DNA of 64,000 nucleotides from Gammaproteobacteria bacterium (GCA_033852155.1 JAWSVA010000008.1:1612-65611), one strand, 5' to 3'. Positions 49,986 through 59,710 are shown, counted from the stretch's first letter. Made by a program: numbers and translations. The notes: generated by a model not told the origin, from the letters alone.

Positions 49986-50965
49986 GGCCAATACTCTCTG
50001 TCAGAGATCTATGTGTAAGCTTCAGTAGCGACGAGATGACTGCGCAGGTGGTCAACAACATAAGCTTCGATCTTGAGCAGGGAGAGACTCTGGGAATCGT
50101 AGGTGAATCCGGTTGTGGCAAAAGCGTAACCTCGCTCTCCATTATGCGCCTGTTACCCCATCCCGCAGCTAAAATCACCTCAGGTCAAATCCTATTTAAT
50201 CGAGAAAACTTACTCTTAGCCGATGTAAAGCGGATGCGCCAGATTCGTGGCAATCGTATCGCCATGATATTCCAAGAGCCAATGACAGCACTAAATCCAG
50301 TGCACAAAATCGGCAAGCAGATAATGGAGGTGTTTCGCCTGCATCGTCCAGAACTAAGTAAAAAAGATGCAAATAAAGAAGCATTAGAGATGATGGAGCG
50401 GGTGGGAATCTCCGCAGCAAAACAAAGGATGAGCGAATATCCGCATCAACTTTCCGGTGGCATGCGCCAGCGGGTAATGATAGCGATGGCGCTGATTTGT
50501 AAACCGGATATTTTGATAGCCGACGAGCCAACCACCGCACTCGATGTAACGATTCAGGCACAGATTCTAGACCTCATCGCCGAGATGCAGCGTGACCTAG
50601 GTATGTCGGTAATCTTCATCACCCATGACCTTGGAGTAATCGCCGAAATCTGCGACCGCGTCATAGTGATGTATGCCGGAAACATTGTCGAACAAGCAAC
50701 GGTAGAAAAAATATTCGAACAGCCATATCATCCATACACCACAGGATTGCTGCAATCGATCCCCAAACTCGATAGTACACCTAAAGAACGCCTCAGAACT
50801 ATTAGTGGCTCAGTCCCATCCCATGCCAATATGCCGCAAGGGTGTCGTTTTAATAATCGCTGCCCAAATGCCATATCCGAATGCAGCGCTAAACCACCAC
50901 AGCTTGAAGAGTTCGCCAAGGATCGTTTAGTTGCATGTTTTAATCCAACAGGTATTTGGTGTTAA
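49982..50965 (+). CDS. ABC transporter ATP-binding protein (OppD/DppD-like, single domain)
   Basis: 327 aa. [23 protein letters not shown] and [10 protein letters not shown]-terminal oligo_HPY region GCRFNNRCP. The GTG start overlaps the yejA stop. Confidence 0.85.
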   Translation: MRPILSVRDLCVSFSSDEMTAQVVNNISFDLEQGETLGIVGESGCGKSVTSLSIMRLLPHPAAKITSGQILFNRENLLLADVKRMRQIRGNRIAMIFQEPMTALNPVHKIGKQIMEVFRLHRPELSKKDANKEALEMMERVGISAAKQRMSEYPHQLSGGMRQRVMIAMALICKPDILIADEPTTALDVTIQAQILDLIAEMQRDLGMSVIFITHDLGVIAEICDRVIVMYAGNIVEQATVEKIFEQPYHPYTTGLLQSIPKLDSTPKERLRTISGSVPSHANMPQGCRFNNRCPNAISECSAKPPQLEEFAKDRLVACFNPTGIWC

Positions 50966-51039
50966 TTACCAATCTCAAACAAAATATAAAAAATAAACTA
51001 AAATTACCCCTATAAACCCAAAATCATGGAGAGAAAAGC

Positions 51040-51606
51040 ATGGGCGCAATAATCGTATTACTAGGCATAATAGCCTTCATCGTATTAGTCATAGTCGTAA
51101 TGTACAACGGCCTAGTGGGCAAAAAGAACACCACCGAAAACGCCTTTGCAGGTATAGATACCATGCTCAAGAAAAGGTACGACCTGATTCCAAATCTGGT
51201 AGCCACCGTACAACAATATATGCAGCACGAAAAGTCTACGCTGACTCAAGTTACCGAGATGCGCGCTAGAGCAATGGCAGGTGGAATGTCCAATGATGAA
51301 AAGGTCGCGCTGGATAATCAAATTAGCAAAGCAATTGGCGGCATCATGGTAGCTGTAGAAAACTATCCAGATCTAAAAGCCAGTGAAAACTTTGACCAAC
51401 TACAAAGAACCATGACCGAGATCGAGGAACAAATCTCAGCAGCGCGTCGCGCCTATAATGCCGCAATTACCGCCTATAACAATGGGATTGAAATGTTCCC
51501 AACCAATATCCTTGCAGGGATGATGAACTACAAACGTAAAGAAGTGTTTGTAATTCCAGAGGTTCAGCGTGAAAACGTAGATGTAAAAGACCTGTTTTCT
51601 AAATAA
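51040..51606 (+). CDS. lemA: LemA family protein
   Basis: 188 aa. N-terminal TM, YNGLV, RYDLIPNLV, ENYPDLKA and RRAYNAAITAYNN. Confidence 0.88.
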   Translation: MGAIIVLLGIIAFIVLVIVVMYNGLVGKKNTTENAFAGIDTMLKKRYDLIPNLVATVQQYMQHEKSTLTQVTEMRARAMAGGMSNDEKVALDNQISKAIGGIMVAVENYPDLKASENFDQLQRTMTEIEEQISAARRAYNAAITAYNNGIEMFPTNILAGMMNYKRKEVFVIPEVQRENVDVKDLFSK

Positions 51607-51620
51607 ACCGGGAACTACAA

Positions 51621-52574
51621 ATGGACTTACAAAAATCAAAACAGCTCTACCCTTTCTACGTTAAGGAACTTGTTCCAGAGATAGAACTACTAGAGCAAGA
51701 TAGAAAAAAAATAGTAAAAAAGATGACGATAATTGGACTGGTGCTAGCCGCTCTGGTTATCCCCTTCTTTTTTATTGTTGATGAAATTGGCACCATGATC
51801 TTTCCCGTGATAATTGCGGCGGTAATTTTTGGCTGGATTTTGCATTATTCTTCTCGTGATTATGCCAGCGATTTTAAAGATAGTGTTTTGCAAAAGATAG
51901 TTGCCTATATAGATCCCAGCCTGGTTTACACCCCAACCATGAGTATCTCCGAAGGGCAATTTATGCAAAGCGGAATATTCCGCAAGGGGATAGATGAATT
52001 CGATGGCGATGACTATGTCGAAGGCAAGATAGGCGCTACCAAAATAGAGTTTTCTGAAATACATGCACAGTATGAAACCAGAGACAGCAAAGGAAGAACA
52101 TCGCACCACACCATCTTTAAAGGGTTATTCTTTATTGGTGATTTCAACAAACACTTTAGCGGTGATACCTATGTGCTGCCAGACCAAGCGGAAAGATTAC
52201 TTGGTGGGCTTGGGGGGATGCTTCAAGGGGTAAGTAAAAAATATGGTGAATTGGTTAAGTTAGAAGACCCCGTGTTTGAAAAAGAGTTTGTGGTTTACAG
52301 TGAAGACCAGATAGAAGCAAGATACATTCTTTCACCCGCTTTAATGGAGCGTATAACCAAGTTCAAACAAAAAAGTGGTAGCAGAATCTCAATGTCATTT
52401 AAAGGTTCAAAAGTTTATGTCGCCATCCCCTTTGCTAAGAACCTGTTTGAGCCAAAGATATTCAGTACTATTCTTGATTTTAAACCGGTAAAAGAGTTTT
52501 TTGATGATTTTGCCTTGACGATAGATATCGTGGAAGATCTGAATCTGAATACAAGAATTTGGACCAAAAAATAA
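51621..52574 (+). CDS. DUF3137-like membrane protein
   Basis: 317 aa. Two TM segments after a ~35 aa N-terminus, then a soluble domain (FKGLFFIGDFNKHF, VYSEDQIEARYILSPALMERI). Begins 15 nt after lemA. Confidence 0.6.
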   Translation: MDLQKSKQLYPFYVKELVPEIELLEQDRKKIVKKMTIIGLVLAALVIPFFFIVDEIGTMIFPVIIAAVIFGWILHYSSRDYASDFKDSVLQKIVAYIDPSLVYTPTMSISEGQFMQSGIFRKGIDEFDGDDYVEGKIGATKIEFSEIHAQYETRDSKGRTSHHTIFKGLFFIGDFNKHFSGDTYVLPDQAERLLGGLGGMLQGVSKKYGELVKLEDPVFEKEFVVYSEDQIEARYILSPALMERITKFKQKSGSRISMSFKGSKVYVAIPFAKNLFEPKIFSTILDFKPVKEFFDDFALTIDIVEDLNLNTRIWTKK

Positions 52575-52633
52575 ATTTTTGGCCTATTTTTCCGAATACT
52601 GTGTTGCAACTCCAGACCCGGTTCCTGAGCGTA

Positions 52634-52654
52634 GCCGAAGGGCAGTTACATACT
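52634..52654. repeat. REP-like repeat core R4
   Basis: CCTGAGCGTAGCCGAAGGGCAG. Confidence 0.6.
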
Positions 52655-52726
52655 TTAGTATGCTCCCTCATAAGGCTTCGTTGTGCCTTGCCTTCGAAGA
52701 AATATCCGCAGAAATTAAGCTCTGAC

Positions 52727-53029
52727 TTAATTCTCTAAATCAATATGTAATTCAGGTACCATGCTTTTATGTAACACCGCTGAGACAATAATCATATTTG
52801 CATTTCGAATGTAATAGATTACGTGATTTGCATATGCAAAACTGAATACTTGCTCTGAAAATTCAGGTCTTTTCTTTCCAATGGTTGGCATGTCAGCAAT
52901 AGTTTTTATGGCGGTATAAAGTTCTGAAAGATAGCTTATTGCTTGCTCATGCCCCCATGTTTGAACAGTGTATTGCTTAATGTCGGTAAGGTCTTTCCTT
53001 GCCGTACTGGATAGTTGGAAATGCCCCAT
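52727..53029 (-). CDS. parE: Type II toxin, ParE/RelE family
   Basis: 100 aa. A-KDL--I--YT-- start and RPEF...F.Y..HVIYY...... IIVSAVLH pattern. Lies 15 nt downstream of a Phd/YefM-type antitoxin. Confidence 0.75.
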   Translation of the reverse strand: MGHFQLSSTARKDLTDIKQYTVQTWGHEQAISYLSELYTAIKTIADMPTIGKKRPEFSEQVFSFAYANHVIYYIRNANMIIVSAVLHKSMVPELHIDLEN

Positions 53030-53044
53030 TCTTTTTTCCTAAAA

Positions 53045-53299
53045 TTAATTATTTTCTAATAGCTCGTTGAAGAATTCATCTCCGTCAACAAGATTTCCAC
53101 TTTCAATATCTTCAAAACTTTGTTTGATTTTTGCTTTTAATAGCTTCATTTTTAACTGCTCAATGCTGTTATAACTATCAAAAGAAACAACTACAGCAGC
53201 AGGTTTACCGTTTCTATTAATTTGCACTGGTGAGCTTTGTGCTTGTAATAACATATCGCCAAAATGGGTTTTGGCTTCGTTTGCAGACAATACTTTCAT
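53045..53299 (-). CDS. Type II antitoxin, Phd/YefM family
   Basis: 84 aa. SANEAKTHFGDMLLQAQSSPVQINRNGKPAAVVVSFDSY. The upstream region carries TGAATCGAA twice (53315-53323 and 53367-53375), a possible operator. Confidence 0.75.
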   Translation of the reverse strand: MKVLSANEAKTHFGDMLLQAQSSPVQINRNGKPAAVVVSFDSYNSIEQLKMKLLKAKIKQSFEDIESGNLVDGDEFFNELLENN

Positions 53300-53379
53300 G
53301 GCTTTCTCTTCGGTTGAATCGAACGATTTGATTATTTTAGTCGATTTTATAAGTTGATTCTATGAATGAATCGAAAAAA

Positions 53380-55950
53380 CTACCCTTTCTCTGCCATCTT
53401 CTGCAATTGATACAATTTATTCAAAGCATCAATCGGAGTAGTCTTGTCCAGATTCAAATGCTCCAGCTGTTCCATAACCGGATGACGCTCCAGCTTCGGT
53501 GCCTCAAATAAAGCAAACTGATTTGGCGAATGGTCAACCTTGCTACTGTCATTTTCCAGATGCTCCAACTTCATCTTCGCCTGGTCGATAACATTGCGCG
53601 GAATTCCTGCAAGGCTGGCAACTTGTAGACCATAACTTTGGTTCGCAGGTCCATCTTTAACGCTGTGCATAAACACAATAGAGTCGCCATGCTCAACCGC
53701 ATCTAGATGAACGTTCTTAATCGAATCGATTATCTCTGGCAGAGTGGTTAGCTCAAAATAGTGGGTGGCGAATAGGGTATAAGCGCCAACGTTTTTCGCA
53801 ATGTGTGCCGCACAAGCCCACGCGAGTGAAAGACCATCGAACGTGCTAGTTCCGCGTCCAATTTCATCCATTAACACCAAACTATTTTCAGTGGCGTTAT
53901 GCAAGATATTTGCCGTCTCGGTCATCTCTACCATGAATGTAGAGCGGCCACTTGCAAGGTCGTCCGATGCACCGATTCTGGTGAAGATTCGGTCAATAGT
54001 ACCAATGTTTGCCGATTGCGCCGGAACAAAACAACCGATATGAGCCAGCAAGGTAATAACCGCAACCTGGCGCATATAGGTAGATTTACCACCCATGTTC
54101 GGGCCAGTAATAATCAGCATCTTTTGTTTGTCATCGAGGTCGATATCATTGGGGACAAACGGCTCTTCGATTACCTGCTCAACTACAATATGGCGCCCCT
54201 CTTTTATAACGATTCCCGGTTCATTATTTAGGGTTGGTTTACATAGATTTAATTGGTCGGAACGTTCGGCGAAACAGCATATAACATCTAGCTCAGATAT
54301 GCCGTCAGCACATGCGCGCAAAGGTGTAAGGAACTCCCCAACCTTCTGTAATAGCTCTTCGTATAGAGCTTTTTCGCGTGATAGAGATCTTTCTTTCGCG
54401 CTTAGAACCTTCTCTTCAAACGCCTTGAGTTCTGGTGTTATATAACGCTCACTACTCTTAAGGGTTTGGCGGCGAATATAATCTTCCGGGATCTCTGCAT
54501 TCTGTGCCTTACCAATCTCGATGTAATAGCCGTGCACACGGTTATAACTTACTTTGAGAGTATTGATTCCAGTTCTTGCTCGTTCTTTGATTTCAAGATC
54601 GATAAGAAACTGGTTTGCGTTTTGGCTCAATCCGCGCAGCTCATCCAGCTCTGCATCGTATCCTTCAGCAATCACTCCACCGTCACGAATTAATACCGGA
54701 GGGTTGTCGATTACCGCAGCTTCAAGAAGCTCTGTACACTCAGGATGTTCGCCAATTTTTTCTTTGATGATTTCGATTAATGGAGAATCGATACCTTTAA
54801 TCTGCTGTTGCAAATCGGGGGTAAGTCGCAGCGAATCTCGTAGTGACGATAGATCGCGCGGACGCGCAGAACCAAGGGCAACACGTGTCAGAATCCTCTC
54901 GATATCACCAATGCCACGCATCACCTCCTGAATATCTTCAAAAACGAAGTTATTACACAAGGTCTCAACCGCATCATATCTAAGGCGTAATTGTTGTTGG
55001 TCACGCAACGGACGATTCAGCCAGCGGCGTAGCATTCGGCTACCCATACTGGTAACACTGCGGTCAATTACCGAAGCCAGAGTATTCTCCTTGCCGCCGC
55101 TAAGATTGTATTCCAACTCCAAATTTCTACGTGTCGCGGCATCAAGGATGATTCCGTCGTTATGACGCTCAGCTCTAATAGATAAGATATGAGGAATCGT
55201 GGTGCACTGGGTATGGGTTACATACTGTAGCAATGCGCCAGCTGCAGTAATAGCAATCGGCATATCGTCACAACCAAAGCCACTAAGGTCCTTGGTCTTG
55301 AATTGATTAGTAAGCAGCGAAAATGCAGTGTCAAACTCAAAATGCCACGGCGCCTGCCTGGATGTTCCTGGTTTTCCCTGCAATGAAAGGGGAATCGCCA
55401 TGTCTTCATTAACCAGAGTTTCAGCTGGTTTAAATCTTTCGATTTCGCTGAGTAACTCTTCCTCACTATTAAGCTCTAATGCAGAAAACTTACCACCAGA
55501 AAGCTCCAATACCGCCAACCCAAATTTGCCATCGCCAAAACTATTAATTGCAGCAATATAATTATCCCTGCGCTCATCTAAGAGAGATTCCTCAGTAAGG
55601 GTTCCCGGGGTAATAATCCGAGTAACCTTGCGATCGACTGGCCCTTTACTGGTTGCCGGGTCGCCAATCTGTTCTGCAATCGCAACCGATTCACCATTAC
55701 GTACCAATTTGGCCAGATAACCATCGAGGGAATGCACCGGAATTCCGGCCATTGGGATAGGCTGTCCAGCTGATTTACCGCGTGCGGTAAGGGTGATGTC
55801 TAATAACTTCGCGGCTTTTTTCGCGTCATCATAAAACAGCTCATAAAAATCACCCATGCGGTAAAAAAGGATAATCTCAGGGTGTTCAGCCTTAATGCGC
55901 AAATATTGCTGCATCATAGGAGTGTGTTGGTCACCGCTGGTCTTCGCCAT
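53380..55950 (-). CDS. mutS: DNA mismatch repair protein MutS
   Basis: 856 aa. [44 protein letters not shown] and [16 protein letters not shown]. Confidence 0.95.
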   Translation of the reverse strand: MAKTSGDQHTPMMQQYLRIKAEHPEIILFYRMGDFYELFYDDAKKAAKLLDITLTARGKSAGQPIPMAGIPVHSLDGYLAKLVRNGESVAIAEQIGDPATSKGPVDRKVTRIITPGTLTEESLLDERRDNYIAAINSFGDGKFGLAVLELSGGKFSALELNSEEELLSEIERFKPAETLVNEDMAIPLSLQGKPGTSRQAPWHFEFDTAFSLLTNQFKTKDLSGFGCDDMPIAITAAGALLQYVTHTQCTTIPHILSIRAERHNDGIILDAATRRNLELEYNLSGGKENTLASVIDRSVTSMGSRMLRRWLNRPLRDQQQLRLRYDAVETLCNNFVFEDIQEVMRGIGDIERILTRVALGSARPRDLSSLRDSLRLTPDLQQQIKGIDSPLIEIIKEKIGEHPECTELLEAAVIDNPPVLIRDGGVIAEGYDAELDELRGLSQNANQFLIDLEIKERARTGINTLKVSYNRVHGYYIEIGKAQNAEIPEDYIRRQTLKSSERYITPELKAFEEKVLSAKERSLSREKALYEELLQKVGEFLTPLRACADGISELDVICCFAERSDQLNLCKPTLNNEPGIVIKEGRHIVVEQVIEEPFVPNDIDLDDKQKMLIITGPNMGGKSTYMRQVAVITLLAHIGCFVPAQSANIGTIDRIFTRIGASDDLASGRSTFMVEMTETANILHNATENSLVLMDEIGRGTSTFDGLSLAWACAAHIAKNVGAYTLFATHYFELTTLPEIIDSIKNVHLDAVEHGDSIVFMHSVKDGPANQSYGLQVASLAGIPRNVIDQAKMKLEHLENDSSKVDHSPNQFALFEAPKLERHPVMEQLEHLNLDKTTPIDALNKLYQLQKMAEKG

Positions 55951-56140
55951 TATAAATCCTTGTAATTATCGGTCATTGCTATGTTCTACTGTCTGAATAT
56001 ATATGTTGCTACTGCATGAATATAAATGAGAACCGGGGATTTTATTATGAGTAGGGGGCAATATCAAACAAAGGGTGTTTAAATCCATATTTACATAGAC
56101 ACCAGTTCACTCAATACCAACCTACAGCTATAATCACAGT

Positions 56141-57139
56141 ATGAAAAAACAACTCACAACCGCACAAGCGCCGCAGGTCATAAAGAACCTTGCAGAGACA
56201 ATTCGCACCGAGATAGAGGTAGGAAAAGAGCGAGCCTATCTAGCAATGGAGCAGGAAAAAAGACTCACATACTGGAATGTCGGTAAGCACATAAAACAGC
56301 ACCTATTGCAGAATCAAGGGCGGGAGGAATACGGGAAATACGTTATAGTCCAGCTGGCCAATGAGCTGAAATTAACCAGAGCAATTTTGTACGAAAGTGT
56401 TAAATGTTATGAAGAATATCCACGAATTGTTCATTTAAATGAACAATTGACATGGTCGCATCTGCGAGTGCTGCTGAATGTGCCGGAGAAGAAGTCCAGG
56501 AAAGCGTTTGAGAAGAAAATAATAGCCGAAAAACTAACTGTTTTTGAGCTGAAAAAACTGGTTAAAAATGGCAAAAATATTTCAAGTAAAGCAGAAATAA
56601 CAATTCTGCAAACTAGTCGTGGCACGCCTTATACCTACCAATTTAAAACTATTCAAAAAAATAGCGTGCTAGATCTTGGCTTTAGCTTCTATATCCAAAA
56701 CCCATTTGAAAAAACCAACAAAGACAACATAATTCAAGTCGAGAAAATAGATAAAAACTACCAATATATACAAACGAACAACCTACAGGTGCCACACTAC
56801 ACATACAAAGCTCGCGTCAAAGAAGTTATCGATGGCGATACAATATGGGTAAATATAGACCTAGGGTTTAATAGCTGGACCACGCAAAAAATAAGGCTCA
56901 AAGGAATCAACGCCAAAGAGCTTGAAACCAAAGAGGGTCAAAACGCAAAAGACTATGTCGAATCCAGGTTAAAAGAGTGCAAATTTATCGTTATAAAAAC
57001 CTACTGGCGCGACAAGTTCACCCGATACTTGGCAGATGTTTTTTATATGAAACAGGAAAACAACATGAACAAAGTTATAGGGTGTGGCAAATTCTTGAAT
57101 CAAGAATTATTGGACGGAGGGTTGGCTGTTAAGTATTAA
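56141..57139 (+). CDS. Fusion protein: DUF1016/YhcG-type N-terminal domain plus staphylococcal-nuclease (SNase)-like C-terminal domain
   Basis: 332 aa. N-terminal region R-YLAMEQEKRLTYWNVGKHI...EYGKYVIVQLANEL...LTWSHLRVLL. The C-terminal region VIDGDTIWV...IRLKGINAKE...FTRYLADVF...NQELLDGGLAV aligns by eye with AIDGDTVKL...FRLLLVDTPE...YGRGLAYIY...NEALVRQGLAKV of S. aureus nuclease. Confidence 0.55.
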   Translation: MKKQLTTAQAPQVIKNLAETIRTEIEVGKERAYLAMEQEKRLTYWNVGKHIKQHLLQNQGREEYGKYVIVQLANELKLTRAILYESVKCYEEYPRIVHLNEQLTWSHLRVLLNVPEKKSRKAFEKKIIAEKLTVFELKKLVKNGKNISSKAEITILQTSRGTPYTYQFKTIQKNSVLDLGFSFYIQNPFEKTNKDNIIQVEKIDKNYQYIQTNNLQVPHYTYKARVKEVIDGDTIWVNIDLGFNSWTTQKIRLKGINAKELETKEGQNAKDYVESRLKECKFIVIKTYWRDKFTRYLADVFYMKQENNMNKVIGCGKFLNQELLDGGLAVKY

Positions 57140-57177
57140 GTTTCTGGAGGTGCTGGTACTTGCCGACAAAAGTTAAT

Positions 57178-57219
57178 TGAGCCCTTCGCTTATGTTGGGC
57201 GTGGCCGAAGTGACAGGAT
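57178..57219. repeat. REP-like repeat locus R5
   Basis: TGAGCCCTTCGCTTATGTTGGGCGTGGCCGAAGTGACAGGAT, parallel to part of R6. Confidence 0.55.
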
Positions 57220-57340
57220 GTCAAAAGAGGCCTAAGAAAATTTGTTCCGCTTAAAATGGAACGTTGGAGCTGCGTAAGTGGTATAGTATCCTAAATAAAC
57301 CAAAGCTAATCCTTAACAAATAATCCCGCACGGAAGATAT

Positions 57341-57598
57341 ATGAAACTAATAATACGTAACTTAGATCGATTGACTACAGAAGATGAGCTTAAAGGTTTG
57401 TTTCAAGAATTCGGTACAGTTCAATCTTGCAATTTGGTGATGGATCGAGAGAGTGGCGCATCTAAAGGTTTTGGTTTCGTTGAGATGCCTAAAATAGGTG
57501 AAGCAAAAGTCGCAATCAAAAACTTAAACAATAAAACTATCGGCAGCAATAAAATACGCGTTAAGAAGGCTGAAGATGCAAAAAGCATCACCCCGTAG
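57341..57598 (+). CDS. RRM-type RNA-binding protein
   Basis: 85 aa. RNP-2 LIIRNL and RNP-1 KGFGFVEM. Confidence 0.85.
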   Translation: MKLIIRNLDRLTTEDELKGLFQEFGTVQSCNLVMDRESGASKGFGFVEMPKIGEAKVAIKNLNNKTIGSNKIRVKKAEDAKSITP

Positions 57599-57623
57599 AT
57601 CCTGCTCACTACAAAAAAACATA

Positions 57624-57750
57624 GTCATTCCTGCCACCTTCTGCGTCATTCCCGCGTAGGCGAAAATCCATAGCATCCGCCCGCTGAGCCCTTCGCATGT
57701 GCTGAGCGTAGCCGAAGTGCGCTCAGGATAAACCAAGGTCGAAGTGCAGG
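57624..57750. repeat. REP-like composite repeat locus R6
   Basis: GTCATTCC...GTCATTCCCGCGTAGGCGAAAATCC (reverse complement of the R1 module), then GCTGAGCCCTTCGCATGTGCTGAGCGTAGCCGAAGTGCGCTCAGGATAAACCAAGGTCGAAGTGCAGG. Confidence 0.65.
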
Positions 57751-57980
57751 ATATAAAACAGAAGCCTCAATAGTATAAGCACTGTCATTACCCTACTTGT
57801 TCAGGTAACCCATAAAAAATAGTTTTCTATTAGCTAGTTGGGTATCGTAAATAAAATAAATATTAACTACATTTTCGTAGTAGTCAATAAGGTCAGCGTC
57901 GTTGGTTTTGGTTGGGTTATTGAATGGAGTTCTTTTGCAATAAACCGCTGACCCTAGTTGATTTAAACAACCGGCCCTCA

Positions 57981-58760
57981 TTACTCCTCTAACTTCTTTT
58001 TCTTTCTTTTCTGATACCAAGGCTCGTTACCGTATAGTTCGTCAGCGCATTCTTCGCATATACCATGCGTAAACTGTGCTTTGCTGTGCCCTTCAATATA
58101 TGTTTCAACCTGGCTCCAGTAACCATCGCTATCGCGGATCTTTTTGCATCTAGCGCATATTGGAAGGATTCCTTTTAACGTATTTATCTCTTCATGTGCG
58201 TTTTCTAAAGCATCTATTTTTTCCGCTAAAAAGTAGCCTATTTTGCCTACTATCAAAATTACTAGGCCGGTTATGCATAAGAAAGAAAAAAGAACAGCTA
58301 CCCAGGTCATCGGCATCATTGCGTAAGCAGCAATATTCTTTTCTAGAGGAAGAACTTCTTTAACTACCAACACGGATATGACAAAGACAGTCACAGCACT
58401 TGCCATATATATTATTAAACCGATCTTTCGCGAGGCGAAAGATATCGCAACAAATACACTAAGCATGAAAAATGGAACTAAGAAACTAGCCAGTCCGAAA
58501 TTCAATCCCGAAGTAAGGCCAAGCAAATAAAAAATGGTGACTAAAAATATTACTTTTATGTTGTAAGAGATTTGTTTTCTTTTTACTGCAAAACCTAAAA
58601 CAAAAAATGACGATATAATGTGAAAATAAAAGGGAAGTTGCCAACCCATTTCAATAATTCGAATTAATGATGCCGCAAGTGTGGGGACAATTATTAAACC
58701 AAGAACAAATATTGTTTGGTTTAACAGTGTTTCCTGTATTTCCCGATATGAGTTTGACAC
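57981..58760 (-). CDS. Six-TM membrane protein with a cytoplasmic coiled segment and a C-terminal CxxC-x29-CxxC (zinc-ribbon-like) module
   Basis: 259 aa. About 6 hydrophobic helices, then EKIDALENAHEEINTLKGILPICARCKKIRDSDGYWSQVETYIEGHSKAQFTHGICEECADELYG and a lysine-rich end. Confidence 0.6.
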   Translation of the reverse strand: MSNSYREIQETLLNQTIFVLGLIIVPTLAASLIRIIEMGWQLPFYFHIISSFFVLGFAVKRKQISYNIKVIFLVTIFYLLGLTSGLNFGLASFLVPFFMLSVFVAISFASRKIGLIIYMASAVTVFVISVLVVKEVLPLEKNIAAYAMMPMTWVAVLFSFLCITGLVILIVGKIGYFLAEKIDALENAHEEINTLKGILPICARCKKIRDSDGYWSQVETYIEGHSKAQFTHGICEECADELYGNEPWYQKRKKKKLEE

Positions 58761-58925
58761 AAAACTCTCCCCTTTCTATTACTTGATTCTGTCCATTGAA
58801 TTCAAAACAATTCCTATTTAAGAATAGCAGGTAATATTTTTTCATTTCTTAAAGTCAATAAGGGGCAGAGACGTTGATCTCATTGTTTTTACCCGCAAAT
58901 TCTTCTGAAGAGCCATTTTTCTTAA

Positions 58926-58948
58926 CCCTTAGGCTACGCTCAGGGATC
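58926..58948. repeat. REP-like repeat core R7 (inverted orientation)
   Basis: CCCTTAGGCTACGCTCAGGGATC is the reverse complement of GATCCCTGAGCGTAGCCTAAGGG. Confidence 0.6.
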
Positions 58949-59452
58949 TTGGAAATTAAGTCTAAAATCAACAACCACCTTCCTAAATCATGCTCAGCAT
59001 TACTTTTCAATAATTAGTAATATTTTTACCGGACAGTAATGGTGTAGGCTGCTAAATATGTAAGCTATTGCAGTATCGTGAAGGTATATGCCAGTAATTA
59101 GCTAATAGTTATTTAGCGTCCAATATTTGCAACATGATTTTGGTCTGTAGATACGGAATGCCTTGTGCAGGTAGGTTTTTACACATTGCTTTGAAATCAA
59201 ATGCCTAGGAAATACCATAAAAAGTCACAGGTTAAGCAACAATTTAGGCGTATTGTCCCATTAAAATAGATGTCTTACTGGAATAAATTTAATAATGAAG
59301 TACTATTATTGAACACATAAATGTATAGTATTTGTGAATTTTATGCAGTGATGTGTAAGGAAAGGCGCCATAGAGTATGTGATATTCTGCGTTAAGATGA
59401 AGAAAGCTATTGTAAAACAATAGATTAAACTAGTAATGAGGAAATGAAGAAA

Positions 59453-59656
59453 ATGAGTCAAGGTACAGTTAAGTGGTTCAACGCAGATAAAGGTTTTGGT
59501 TTTATTACTCCTGAAGATGGAGGCAAAGATCTTTTTGTTCACCATTCTGAAGTAAAAGTTTCTGGTTATGCATCTCTAAAAGATGGCCAAACAGTTGAGT
59601 TTGAAATAGGACAAGGCCAAAAAGGTCCATGTGCTACTAACGTAGTTCCAGTTTAA
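59453..59656 (+). CDS. cspA: Cold-shock protein (CspA family)
   Basis: [20 protein letters not shown]...DLFVHHS (RNP1/RNP2). The track start at 59444 is possible, but SD spacing favours 59453. Confidence 0.9.
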   Translation: MSQGTVKWFNADKGFGFITPEDGGKDLFVHHSEVKVSGYASLKDGQTVEFEIGQGQKGPCATNVVPV

Positions 59657-59674
59657 TTACTAGAATATATACGT

Positions 59675-59710
59675 AAAAAAGCTGGTCAAGGTAACTTGAC
59701 CAGCTTTTTG
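59675..59710 (+). terminator. Rho-independent terminator after cspA
   Basis: AAAAAAGCTGGTCAAG-GTAA-CTTGACCAGCTTTTTG is a perfect 10-bp GC-containing stem followed by a T-run. Confidence 0.85.

Noticed and set aside
53801-55561. Several 75-125 aa plus-strand ORFs inside mutS
   Set aside because: All are antisense to the intact 856-aa MutS frame. They are Ser/Arg-rich shadow translations.
57793-58020. 75-aa minus-strand ORF overlapping the 3' end of the membrane-sensor gene
   Set aside because: It overlaps the stop region of ORF 57981-58760 out of frame and has no SD or recognisable motif. I could not support it as a gene.
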